Shown: positions 52,801 to 64,000 of the stretch, piece by piece
Layout: each line of letters begins with the position of its first letter
Position numbering within the stretch: the stretch's first letter is position 1
Source: Eledone cirrhosa
Taxonomy: Eukaryota
Assembly: GCA_964016885.1 (NCBI GenBank)
Contig: OZ024741.1
Coordinates: 232,810,001 to 232,874,000 of the forward strand
Length of the DNA stretch: 64,000 nt
Reading direction: 5' to 3'
The notes under the pieces: generated by a model
The model's input: the letters and a program-made list of their open reading frames with translations, nothing else
What the model was told of the DNA's origin: nothing
The model's database searches: none
Translations under genes and position numbers: made by a program

Positions 52801-55615
52801 CGTCTCCAGACGCCAGAAGTCAGGTCATCCTGCCCCTGTCAGGGCATACACTGCCACTAGCCTGAAAGCTTGCCCTTCCATGCTGGTCACGTCCAGCACA
52901 ACCAACGCACCTTCTGGGTCCAAGAAGTATTTCGAGATCCAGACTTCTCCGGAACAACACACCCACCACAATCCGGGACGGTTTGGAGATGTGTACACCT
53001 CGTAGCCGCCGAAAATGAGTACGAATGCCCGTACCTCGAAGATTCCTGTCTCGCTGATGGCCACCACATCTATATTTAGCGACCTGAGATCGTTAAGCAG
53101 GTGACCCTGCTTCAAAGACGACCCCAGGTCATGTGCATTCATGCTGCCTATCCTGAGGGAAGCCATGTTGGCTAAGATAGTAGGTAAAGAAGGGAGAAGG
53201 GGAAAGTAAACAAACTTTACCTCTGGCTTTTTTAGGAAGCGGGTGGATGATCCATCTCTCCGACCAGTGGCGGGTTTCTCCACGAGAAAGTCTGAGAATA
53301 TTCTTGTAGTGATGTTGCCTCTGTAGTCTCCAAATTGATGCGAGGAACAGTTTTTTTTAATGTTATGTAATTTTTTTTTTTTTTTTGGGGGGGGGGGTGA
53401 CTTCAATTATTTTTATGTGTTGGGGGTGCAATTTTGTTGGCCTTTATGTAGTTTGTTTCTGTGATGTTGGTGTAGCGTTGAATGTAATTTGAAAGCCTCG
53501 TGTTGTCTGTGTCTATGGCTGTGTATTGTGTCTGCTGTTGGGATGTTGGTGCTTTCTGTGTTTGCTGTGGTGTAGTTGGAGTAGATGATGGGGTAGATGT
53601 TAACGGTGCTGGTGGTGATGAATGTAGTGGTGGAGGTGAGGTGTAGGTGGTTGTAGGGGTATGGCTGTTGATGGTGATGGAGATGGGGTCGTTGACTTTT
53701 TCATTTTCTTTTTTGGGGGGTTGTTTCTCCCTCTTTACTTTTATTTATTTTTTTTTTTTTTTTGGAAGGCGAATGTAGGAAGTTCTTCCTTTTTTTTGGC
53801 TGGGAAGGTTTTCCACCCTTCGGCGTCATTACACTGCTTGTCCAATTTAGCAATATCGGGAAGGGGCATGCTCTCCATTGGTCTTGTTGGAGGTGGAGGA
53901 GATGGTATTTTTGTTGCTGGTGCTGGTAATTTTTCTTCTGCCACTGCGACATTGGTTGGTTTATCTACTCCAGTCGCGGGGCACGGCGTAGGGAGAAGGC
54001 GGGAGCGCGTGCCTGTCTTGGTGAGTTTGGTGCAGAAGTCCTTAATGTGCGTCATGACACCGCACCCATGACACCTTGGGCGCCTACCTTCGACAGTCAG
54101 GGGTGTATGGCTGCCGTCGTCCAGGTCGATCACATCGGGGATGGCCTCTATGCTCTCGTGGCATGCTTGGATGATTAGCTTCATCCCCGAGCTTGTCCAG
54201 CTTTCCTGTCTCGTCCGCATGTCGTCTAGGATAGTTGTTATCTCCTCGATGCCAGTGAGGACGGCCACCATCAGTCACGCGATCTCCACTGTGGGCAGAA
54301 CCTGAGTCACTCGGGCCCTCACGACTCTCTGGCCGCAGTATGTGGGCATCATTATGATTTCGTCACTGCGGAATGGCGTAATGGAGTGTTCTTTGGCTTC
54401 TTCGGGTGTAGTGAAGAGAACATCCACTGTGCATTACTTCGATCGTCGGGCTATGTAGGTTTTCTGTGCCTAGAATCTTGAACTCTATATTCAGCAGAGT
54501 TTTGGGCCTGAGGTTGTCTATAACATCCCCCTTTTTCGGGTCTTTTCTCAGTAGCGCGCCACCGCTCCCCGGCTCACAACACTGGGAATGCTCCCGGTCT
54601 GCTGCCAGTTGCAGTAGACATCTGCACCGTGGCCCTATTTACTTTTCCGGGACACCCCCGCAAAAGAAATGGTCTCTATTTCAGCGGCACCCTTATTTCT
54701 GCCGCTACTGGTCTTGTTGTTGGTGCTGGTATCGTTGTTACTGTTATTGATGTCGTTGTTGTTGTTATTATTGTTGTTTTAGTTGATACTGTTGCTTCTG
54801 TTATTCTTGTGGCTGTTGTTATTATTGTTGTTTTCGTTGATACTGTTGGTGTTGTTATTGTTGTGGCTGTTGTTATTATTGTTGTTTTCGTTGATACTGT
54901 TGCTGTTGTTATTGTTGTGGCTGTTGTTATTATTGTTGTTTTCATTTATACATTTGCTGCTGTTATTGTTATTATTGTTGTTGTTTTCGTTGGATACTGT
55001 TGCTGCTGTTATTGTTGTTGTGGCTGTTGTTATTGCTGTTTTCATTGATACTGTTCCTACTGTTATTGTTGTTGTGGCTGTTGTTGTTATTGTCATTGAT
55101 CCCAAACCTGTTTTGATATAAGGTCTTGATTTGGTGAAGTTTCTTTCAGTGGGTTGATGTATTTCTTGTTAATTGACGTTTTGTTTCAGAGTTGCCACAA
55201 GCTGGGTAGTTTCACGTCAAATGCTTTTGTGAAGTTAATGAAGATAATGTGCACAGGGTTCTTTAATTCTATTGATTCTCAATGAGTTTTTCAAATCTGG
55301 ATCTGATTTGCACCAATAAATTACTCAGAGAATCACCTAACGAATATAACCAACTGCCCCCACCTAATCATCTAACAAAACAACTACTAAAACAAAAATC
55401 TAAATATTCACTAACTAATATAAACTGACCACCTACCCAGCCACCAAAACTGCCAGGAAACTATCCACCAAATCACCCACTAAAGTAGCTATTAAACTTC
55501 CCATCAAATCTCACAACTAACACCACATTTAACCATAAACCATCTCATCCACTAAAAGACTAAATAAATAACAAAAAAAAAACAGAACACTAAATCACCA
55601 ACAAAAGCTCACGAT
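49886..55615 (-). mobile_element. Tx1 copy F, near full length, more diverged, rearranged
   Basis: ORF2 ATG at ~53166 (MASLRIGSMNAHDLG); YADD; ORF1 knuckle CHGCGVMTHIKDFC; 5'-terminal agctcacgat shared with B and C. Confidence 0.88.
54782..55095. repeat. 54-bp minisatellite (~6 units) in the ORF1 region of copy F
   Basis: Unit approximately gttgatactgttgctgttgttattgttgtggctgttgttattattgttgttttc. Confidence 0.85.
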
Positions 55616-55644
55616 GTATACTTTTGTTTTCCTTTTTCTTTTAG

Positions 55645-55905
55645 TAAATATTGCCAAGGGTAGACCTACGAGTCAAACTTCTACTTTTCATGAAGACACA
55701 TTATACATGTTTAGCCCTACCGGTGAATGTGAGGCAAGAATTACACACATGAAATCTGACCGGGCTGTAGATGGGAATTTGGATCCCGAACCGAGACATG
55801 AGTCATGCGCGACTACAAATAAGGAAGCACGCAATACCTGGCAAGTTAAACTTGACAAAAAATACAACATATCTCAACTAAAGATTTACCACAGAAATAG
55901 AAAAA
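55645..55905 (+). CDS. Host gene internal exon e: F-type lectin (fucolectin/F5-8C-like) domain, first half
   Basis: cttttag|...|gtaagt; 261 nt; phase 1-1; NIAKGRPTSQTST...RAVDGN...SCATT...TWQVKLDKKYNISQLKIYHR. Confidence 0.9.
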
Positions 55906-56699
55906 GTAAGTTCTGATATAATTTCTACATTGTTGTTGTTGATGTTTTTAATTTATAATGAAAAACATTTAAGCCATGAGCATCCAGCCATTTTTCAGAG
56001 GCATTTACAATATTATTTTTAAGAAGCTACAGTGTCTCGTAGAATAACTGTTTCCTTTTTCCAACAGTTGGCCGGATAATGTGGATGATGTAACTTTAAC
56101 TCATAATGAAGTGTGTTAAAGTAATTGACATTCACATTTCTACAAAACATGCAGCTTTTAGATAATAGCTTAAACCATTATGCAGTATATCTTCACAGTC
56201 AAACACTATCACACTCATACTCATAGAAACACACTCACATACGCATCATGAGTACACATATAAGAAATTGCTTCCACTAACATCGGAAAACTATGACCCC
56301 GAATTGCCTCAGTCCAAAATGATAATATAATATAAAGGCGGGAAGACAGCTTTTTAAGTGCAGAAGGCGCTATAAGACGTAATGGTCGACTAAGACCCCA
56401 TTGGAGTGAGGACGTATCTCTAAAGAAAAATTTTCAAGATGAGGAGAACGGGTATTCCGCCAGAACGAAACATCTGGCGAATCTTTGCACGAGCAGGTGT
56501 TAGGGCCATGGACACATTCCTCAAAGTCAAACGCAGCGAAAGATATAATTTATCTGGGGTAAACCTCGAGATACTGCTGCAAGTAAAGACACATCAAACA
56601 GGAAAAAAAATCGAACATAATACAGATGCCTATCGAATACGAGCGGATGAAAATTATTGAAGGCAAAAGGTCAAAATACCACCTGTTTAAGGCTAGAAG

Positions 56700-57560
56700 T
56701 CATCTTAATATTTTCTGACCTTAAACAATATGACACAAGAAGCCAACCAAATTAACACGGCCTCAACAAGTGTAAACATAAAGAGAGTCTACGACACGGG
56801 CAGCAACGTCAACAACAACAGCAGATACGACAGGAAGACAACCACCACCATCGCTAAAATCAACAACTACGACATGAGCAGCTGTATATCCAACAGGACT
56901 AGCAGCTGTAACATCAAAATCAGAAGCAGCTGAGAGAAAAACAGCTCCAACATCAGTAGCAGAGGCACCACCACCACCATGAACGCCAATGGAAGACATG
57001 CCCTTCTCCAATATCACACATTAGGATATCGGTCGGAACAAGGCAAGGGTGTGGTAACGCGTCGGTCACTAGAACAAAAGGAAAAAAGAAAATGCTACAT
57101 GTTTTCGGCCTTAAAAAAAGAGTCGAATGTGAAAGTAGAAGAATTACAGTGATGGAGCAACTAATGCCAAATCCACACAATCCTCCCAATCACCACCACC
57201 AGCTTTTGAGGAACATTTCACTCAAAACTATGGGAGGTCTGGCGGATCGGATCGCGAGATTGACTTTAGTGCCTACCTCGACAACCTCTCCCAGCTCTCG
57301 CGCACGGAGTCTTAGTGTTCCAAAAGCCGTTAGCTGCTGCAATACGCAAGGCCACATCAGCTTACACGGGGAGTATGAAAGCTGGATTGTTCGTATGCTC
57401 CATGAGATTTACGCTGATTTACCAGACATACTCCGTAACTTCTTGGCAAATATCAACTGCAAATGGCAATAGAAGAGAATTCCCAATTCTGTGAAATGAA
57501 GAGAAGGGAGCTGCTGAGAAAGGACCCGAGCATTAGGGTTTATATTGATACTTTTAGGAG
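56700..57560 (+). mobile_element. Internally deleted Tx1 remnant
   Basis: 57230-57560 matches ORF2 (DFSAYLDNLSQLS...LLRKDP..YIDTFR); the upstream part resembles low-complexity ORF1. Confidence 0.6.
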
Positions 57561-57612
57561 AGGCGAACAGTTGCTCTTCCCTGTCTCTATCTCTCTCACT
57601 CTCTTTCTCTCT

Positions 57613-57699
<87 letters not shown>

Positions 57700-57702
<3 letters not shown>

Positions 57703-58340
57703 AGAAGAGGATTGGCTGTGTAGATGCGAGTTAAGCTAGGCTTAAAAATGGAATGAGAATAAGAAGAAAGCAAGAACGGGGGTGAGGGTTCCTCACCAGT
57801 TGTCTACTGGGGATCTCGGATATTTCAACGCTTTAAAGACAATATATCTACCCCAAGAGCGTTCAATAACTGGGTAAGTTATTGGGAAAACGGAGGAAGG
57901 GGGGAAGGAAAATAGAAGGGAAAGGCAAAAAAGGGAAGAAAAGAGAAAAACACCGGAAAAACAACGTACCGAAGAATGTGCGAGCAGCTTAAGGTAAGAA
58001 AATCCAAGTCCACATCGGTACCTGGACGTAAATTCGAGAGCGTGTGGGCGAACGAAAAGGCACGTCTGACCCCAGTGAGTGTAACTTAGAAAAGGACTGC
58101 TAGAGGGTTAGCCGAGGGAAATAATGAGGTGGCTGGAAGAGAGAGGGTGAGTGAAAGTGAGAGGGAGAAATGGAGAGGAAGAAAGAGGTGGAAGAGTAGA
58201 TAGCAACGAAATAGGTAGGTAGAAGGAGAGAGAAGACGGGTCACAGCGAAACGATAACATATATGGAGAATAGGATTGGCTGTGTAGTTGCTAGTTAAGG
58301 TAGTCTTAAAAATGGAATGAGGATAAGAAGAAAGCAAGAA
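57700..58340. repeat. ~80-bp direct repeats (57700-57777 and 58262-58339) flanking a purine-rich core
   Basis: ggagaa(g/t)aggattggctgtgtag...cttaaaaatggaatgag(a/g)ataagaagaaagcaagaa occurs twice. Confidence 0.75.
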
Positions 58341-58519
58341 TATATATATATTAACGAGGTATTGTTTAAGGCAATCCAAGTATAGGTTATGAGCACCCTG
58401 TATCATGGTTGGTTCTAACGTACAGCGTTGTTTGACTCGACAATATGTTTATTTAGTTGAGCTGTTCGCTTGGCCGATACCAGACAGTTCCTAGGTAAGT
58501 GGTTCCTGGAGTATTAATA

Positions 58520-58630
58520 ATAAAGGAATGAAGAATAACACGGATCGGCTATACAGTAAAGTTTATTCCAAGCAATACTTGGAATGAACCCTAATGTATA
58601 GCCGATCCATGTCCTTCTTTACTCCTTTAT
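58520..58630. repeat. Imperfect ~110-nt fold-back
   Basis: ggatcggctataca/tgtatagccgatcc, attccaag/cttggaat and ataaagga/tcctttat are nested pairs. Confidence 0.8.
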
Positions 58631-58684
58631 GATATATATATATATATATATATAGTAATAATAATAAAATGAAGACTAAAATTA

Positions 58685-58716
<32 letters not shown>

Positions 58717-58766
58717 GATATCAATAATATTAATAAATGGAAAATATCTTTATAAAACCATATTTA

Positions 58767-58823
58767 TTTTATTATACGTATTTCAAGGGTACTAATACTT
58801 AAGTACGCTTTCGTCAGATAAAA
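58767..58823 (-). ncRNA. Type-I hammerhead ribozyme, core intact
   Basis: Minus strand: ttttat-CTGACGA-aagcgtact...agtaccctt-GAAA-tacgta-TA-ataaaa. Confidence 0.7.
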
Positions 58824-59199
58824 TATAATAATTGGTGTAAAGATAGTGGCATATCTTCATGTGAACTTCATGTTTATAAGTTCAGTGAGGATAGTGAATA
58901 TAATTTTTCAAAATTCAGGGGAAATATGCTAATGAGGATAACGTTAAAACTGAAAAAATCCGTTAAGTTTAGACGCTAGATAGATTTTAAATATTTATCT
59001 AAACAATGTTTAAGAGTTTGCTATTAAATTTTTTTAAAAATATTGTAGAGTTATTTTAGAATTATTTATAGAAATATGCATATATACACCCAAACATATT
59101 TATATGGGTATAGAAAGAATGACATAATTACATTTATTTATTTATTTAATTTTTTAATATATTTTAAGAATATGGAAGTATTTATAATATTTAGGTGAG

Positions 59200-59875
59200 A
59201 ATTATAATGTATTGTAAATCATAAATCATATCTCAAACTTTGGAACGGCACAAAGGAAGTAATAGATTGGTTTGTAGACATTAAATCTAAAAATAATACA
59301 ACATTTATACAAATGGATATAGCTAATTACTATTCTTCAATAACTCCTAATTTACTCAATAAAGCACTAATATACGCATCAAAGAATACTGACCTATCTA
59401 GCGAAGAAATAAACATTATATTAACTGCACGAAAAACTCTTATTGAATATAACAACAATCTCTGGACTAGAGCTGATAAACCGAAGAATTTGGATATTAC
59501 CATGGGCTCTTCTGACTCAGCTCATGTCACAGATTTGGTTGAAATCTTCATTCTTAATGCTTTACATAGGAAATTACCGGAAATTACCGGAGGTTTATAT
59601 CGTGATGATGCGTTATTTATAGTTTATAAACATAACAATAGTAAACTTAGCAGAAAAAAGAAAATTATTACGGACCTCTTTAATAATTATGGCCTTTAAT
59701 TAGAAATAGAAAATGATAATAAAATTGTTAATTTCTTAGATGTAAACCTTAACTCTGGCCTATATTACCCGTTCCATAGGATTAATGAAAACTTAAACTA
59801 CGTTAGCTTCTACTCTAACCACCCTAGACATGTTAAAAAGGCTATAGTTAATAGTGTCCAACAAAGAATATCTAG
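59200..59875 (+). mobile_element. Penelope-like element RT fragment
   Basis: FIQMDIANYYSSI...LDITMGSSDSAHVTDLV...GLYRDDAL...VNFLDV...YVSFYSNHP are PLE-type RT motifs; premature stop at 59697. Confidence 0.85.
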
Positions 59876-60441
59876 ACGCTAATAAAAATATATTTGAAAA
59901 GAAAGCATAATATTACAATGTACTCTGAGTTTTTGCATTTATTCACTATTAGTTCTGTTCTTTTCTTTTCTTTTGTGTACTTTATGTCTGTTTTTCTTTG
60001 ATTTTGTTCCATGTGATGGAAATTATGACCCTGTAGTAGATTGACTAATGCCTTGAACACTTTAGTTTTCCCTCCGTTATAATGTACGGCACTGTCGTTC
60101 AATATGTGGATAGAGTAACTGTGACACTAGAATCCCTCTCAGAACTTATTACTTAAACATCTCTCTCCATATTATTTACTCACTTGAATCTATATTTTTA
60201 CTCAATCCGAATTATCACTTGAACATTTTTGAATTTTTAATTGTTTAATTTTTAATTGTTTAATTTATAATCTCTGATATTCGATTTAGGATTTTAATTT
60301 TTAATTTTTATTTCCAACTCTCACTCTTCACTTACAATGTAAAACCATGGTACCTAGAATTAAGTTTATTTTCCCTTATGAGTTGATGGTCAGTCTTGCT
60401 GTCAACGCTTAGTGAAAGGTAGTATTATGACCTATAAAAAC

Positions 60442-60622
60442 GGTGGATTGGCAGTATCGGTAGAGGGTCGGACGCCATGCTTTCCAGCATAGTTACGTCC
60501 CTTTACGATCTGAGTTCAAATCCCGCCGAGGTTGACTTTGCCTTTCATCCTTACGGGGTCGATAAAATAAAGTACCAGTAATGCACTGGGTAATTGCTGG
60601 CCTTGTGCCTAAAGTAGAAACA
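60442..60622 (+). mobile_element. Full-length tRNA-derived SINE with 18-bp TSD
   Basis: A-box tggcagtatcgg, B-box gagttcaaatcc; TSD attatgacctataaaaac at 60424-60441 and 60623-60640. Confidence 0.95.
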
Positions 60623-60941
60623 ATTATGACCTATAAAAACTAACACCCTCCCATCCCCTCTGGCTTTCGGCTGACTGCCACAGTAGTGATGGGTAGCAGT
60701 AAACTTTGGTAGGGCATAGGTGGGCCATTGTTTTGGCTGAGAGGGTGAACTGACAGCGAATTTCGTTGAAATCTGCGGTGGCTAATGGTCAACTTCCTTC
60801 GGACATGCGCTTGCGCAGACCGGTGGGGGTGAATTGGTACTCACAAGGGAACGGATGAAAAACCCAAAAGCACGAACTTCATCCGTTCCCATGTCGATTC
60901 AATTTGGATTGCCTCGGAAACATAACCTTATTATGTAACAA

Positions 60942-61015
60942 GCTGTCTGATGATGTTACGACACTCGCACACAGAACAGTGTGGCCAGTGTCGTCATTGA
61001 AATATATATCACAGC
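60942..61015 (+). ncRNA. Type-I hammerhead ribozyme, core intact, base of stem II mismatched
   Basis: gctgt-CTGATGA-tgtt acgacact...agtgtcgt catt-GAAA-tatata-TC-acagc. Confidence 0.68.
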
Positions 61016-61141
61016 ATTATTATTAAAGGACTTGAACATCTGAAACTACTTCGCTTTTCCTTATTCGATATTTACTCCGTCACTCCTATGTGTAAAAAGT
61101 ACGTTGAATGCTTGAATTGAATTGCATCAATGTTTACCCTA

Positions 61142-61174
<33 letters not shown>

Positions 61175-61206
61175 CAATATATATATATATAAATACATAT
61201 ATAAAT

Positions 61207-61276
<70 letters not shown>

Positions 61277-61383
61277 TTTATGAATATATTTGTGTATGTC
61301 GATGAAATATCTAGACAATTTCTTGATATTTCATCTACACATATTGACACGTCTCTTTTATTCTTCTTCTATTAACTAAACAG

Positions 61384-61581
61384 GGTGGAGGAATCAATAT
61401 TTTTCTGTTGCTGTTAACTCAGGTCCTAATGGTAAGCTGGTAAAACTGTATCAAAGTGCACAGCATGAATACTTGCTTGGAATCGTCAAACTTAGATTTA
61501 AGAAACCAGCCCTAGGGGATACTGTCGCCATCTCTAATCACTTCCGTAACAGGCTTACTTTGTGTGAAGTCGAGGTTATAG
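61384..61581 (+). CDS. Host gene internal exon f: F-type lectin-like domain, second half
   Basis: aaacag|...|gtgagt; 198 nt; phase 1-1; RWRNQYFSVAVNSG...GDTVAISNHFRNRLTLCEVEVI. An alternative in-phase acceptor lies at 61422/61423. Confidence 0.88.
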
Positions 61582-61989
61582 GTGAGTAAAACTCTATTAA
61601 ATTCACCAATTCAATCAACTAATTTCTCGAATATTATATTACTTTAACAGGTTTTACTCATTGGACTTCAGCTATTAGTGGGGCACACCAACAATACAAT
61701 GCCAGTAAATATTTATATATGCTACTTATTTCATAGATGTATATTAGTGTGTCGTAAAACAGGGGGGAGATGAGATGAGAGGTGGGTTTAAGTAAGTAGG
61801 AAGAATATGCTTTGACAACCGATGCAGTATGTGTTTTTGTCTGTAGAGATCGAATGGCTTTTTTGATGATTATAATCATCAAAAACGCATGAATAATTAT
61901 TCATGCGTTTTATGCTTCGACGCCAAGAGTTCAAGATAACATCTCTAGTATGATTATCTACCAAGATTAGTGAGCTTGCCCAGCCCATG

Positions 61990-62280
61990 AAACAAGATGG
62001 CGTACGGCAGAAAAAAGGAGAGACACAAAATACCAAATTAGTCACTGAGGAGGTCGCAGAATGTGCGACCAAAGAGCTTTGACAATAAATTAACAAACAT
62101 CCGATTATTAAACAAACCAACTGGAAATGTGTAATAAATTGAATGGAGAACAAACAGGTACGTGAGTTTTTATTGGCAACATGACCATTCCAAAATATAA
62201 TAAAATCACTTTCAATACACGTTTTCAGATAAGAAATCTTACAAAACAAATACAAAAGTGAAGTATATGTACATATAACA

Positions 62281-62373
<93 letters not shown>

Positions 62374-62565
62374 TGTTATGCTTTGGGAGGGTCATGTTGC
62401 CAATAAGACACACGCACCAGTGTTTTCACTCCAATTTATTATAAATTAAATTTATAAATTTAAGAATTTATAATTTTCCGGTTGGTTGTTTCCATAACCG
62501 GACGGTTGTTCATATATTGTTAAAGTTCTTTCGTCACACATTCTGTGACCTCTTCAGTGACTGGG
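61990..62565. mobile_element. Penelope-like pseudo-LTR remnants in opposite orientations, each with a hammerhead motif (62041-62083 +, 62519-62561 -)
   Basis: +: gtca-CTGAGGA-ggtcgca gaatg tgcgac-CAAA-gagc-TT-tgac; -: gtca-CTGAAGA-ggtcaca gaatg tgtgac-GAAA-gaac-TT-taac. Confidence 0.7.
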
Positions 62566-62640
62566 AATATATATATATATATATAACGGCGATGAATTAG
62601 TTTTGCGAGGTTTTTTATATGAAATCGTGTGTCGAAACAA

Positions 62641-63616
62641 ATATTGTTATACTTGGGGAGGGTCATATTTGTGTAATATTGCCAGAATTAATAACAGAAC
62701 ACACTCACTGTTTGGTTGGTTTTCGCTTTTCGCTTCTGTGTCTTTTATATCGGTAATCTAATCTATTCGGTCCCCAATGTTGCCATTGACTGACCGACGG
62801 TCAAAAATAATACAGATACAATATAGACACAAACACTATATATAGTTTATCAAAGTTCTTTCGTTGCACATCTACAACATCGTCAGTGGTGCTATTGTTT
62901 CCTCCCGTTACATTGTATGTCTACGCCATTTTTATTTAGTCTGTCTATATATTTATTTATTTATTTGTTTTTTTGTTTATTTTATTTTGTCTTCTTTGCG
63001 CATGCGTTTGCGTGTGTGTATAGTGTTTTGTTTGGTGTGTATTCGTGATTGTATTCTATGTATTCTATGTATTCTATCTTTACTAGTGTGTGTTTATATG
63101 TGTTTGTTGTTATTGTGCTTGTGTATGTATTTATTTATTTATTTATTTATTTATTTATACTTCTCTTAGGTCAGTGTTGTTTGTTTGGGTGTTGTTGTTA
63201 TTCCATTCATTCTTTCTGTTTAGTCTTGGCCTTCTAAGTTCTATTTCACTGGCCTCTCTGATTTGCCTATCTGCTGGGTCATTTCTATGTTTAGATATTA
63301 TTCTAATTTCTATGTTGTCTATAAAAATGGCGTAGACATACAATGTAACGGGAGGAAACAATAGCACCACTGACGTTGTTGCAGATGTGCAACGAATGAA
63401 CTTTGATAAACTATATATATGTGTTTGTGTCTATATTGTATCTGTATTATTTTTGACCGTTGGTCAGTCAATGGCAACATTGAGGACCGAATAAATTAGA
63501 TTACCGATATAAAAGACACAGAAGCGAAAAGCGAAAACCAACCAAACAGTGAGTGTGTTCTGTTATTAATTCTGGCAATATTACACAAATATGACCCTCC
63601 CCAAGTATAATAATAT
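62641..63616 (-). mobile_element. 5'-truncated Penelope-like element with inverted ~295-bp pseudo-LTRs
   Basis: 62641-62935 is the near reverse complement of 63321-63616. The internal minus-strand peptide DRQIREASEIELRRPRLNRKNE resembles a GIY-YIG C-terminus. Hammerheads at 62849-62890 (-) and 63366-63408 (+). Confidence 0.82.
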
Positions 63617-63985
63617 ATATATATATATATATATACATATATACATATATATGTATGTGTGTTTGTGTGCGTTGTTAGTATATTTCCGTGCATGTCTGTG
63701 TGTGTTTGTGCATATATGAGGTTTTGATTGTTATTTACCAACATTTTCGCGCTTGTTTAGATATACGCAATCACTTTGAAAGACACTTGTTTGTACATTG
63801 GTTTATGGCCCCGAGAAGGCTAAAGTGGTTTGTGTATATCTCGAAAAATCCCTCAGTAATCAAGAACTTTGACATGAGTTGACCTTTTATTATACCCGAA
63901 AGCTACCTCTTCTAACCTTGCAAAGCATCCAATGGAGGATCTCTGTATGTATATATTTATGATAAATGTGTATTCTCTTTGACAG

Positions 63986-64000
63986 AATGCAAACCCGGAT
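63986..64000 (+). CDS. Start of host exon g (next EGF-like module), runs off window
   Basis: ttctctttgacag|aa tgc aaa ccc gga t; gives ECKPG in phase 1 after exon f. Confidence 0.6.

Noticed and set aside
55614-55644. Apparent signal peptide MYTFVFLFLLV before the lectin domain
   Set aside because: The hydrophobic stretch is the translated polypyrimidine tract of the acceptor; splicing from exon d explains the frame, although an alternative start cannot be fully excluded.

Overview
AT-rich, microsatellite-rich animal genomic DNA, probably from an octopod cephalopod (inferred from the dominant tRNA-derived SINE, not proven). The window lies inside one + strand host gene. Seven phase-1 exons (5448, 17827, 20327, 26173, 55645, 61384, 63986) splice into an open frame encoding EGF-like modules and an F-type lectin-like domain. 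The introns are filled with mobile DNA: (i) a ~26 kb head-to-tail array of six Tx1-clade non-LTR retrotransposons (29614-55615), all antisense to the host and mostly joined at (TTA)n tracts; (ii) further Tx1, RTE, R4/Dong-like, maT/Tc1-mariner and Penelope-like remnants; (iii) about 12 copies of a tRNA-derived SINE whose 3' end resembles the Tx1 3' end; (iv) about 15 type-I hammerhead ribozyme motifs, apparently Penelope-associated. The best leads are the self-extending (TTA)n-targeted Tx1/SINE array, a candidate mini-intron that would fuse Tx1 ORF1 and ORF2 in frame, and preferential core mutation of the hammerheads that lie sense to the host pre-mRNA. All calls were made by eye; no database search was possible.
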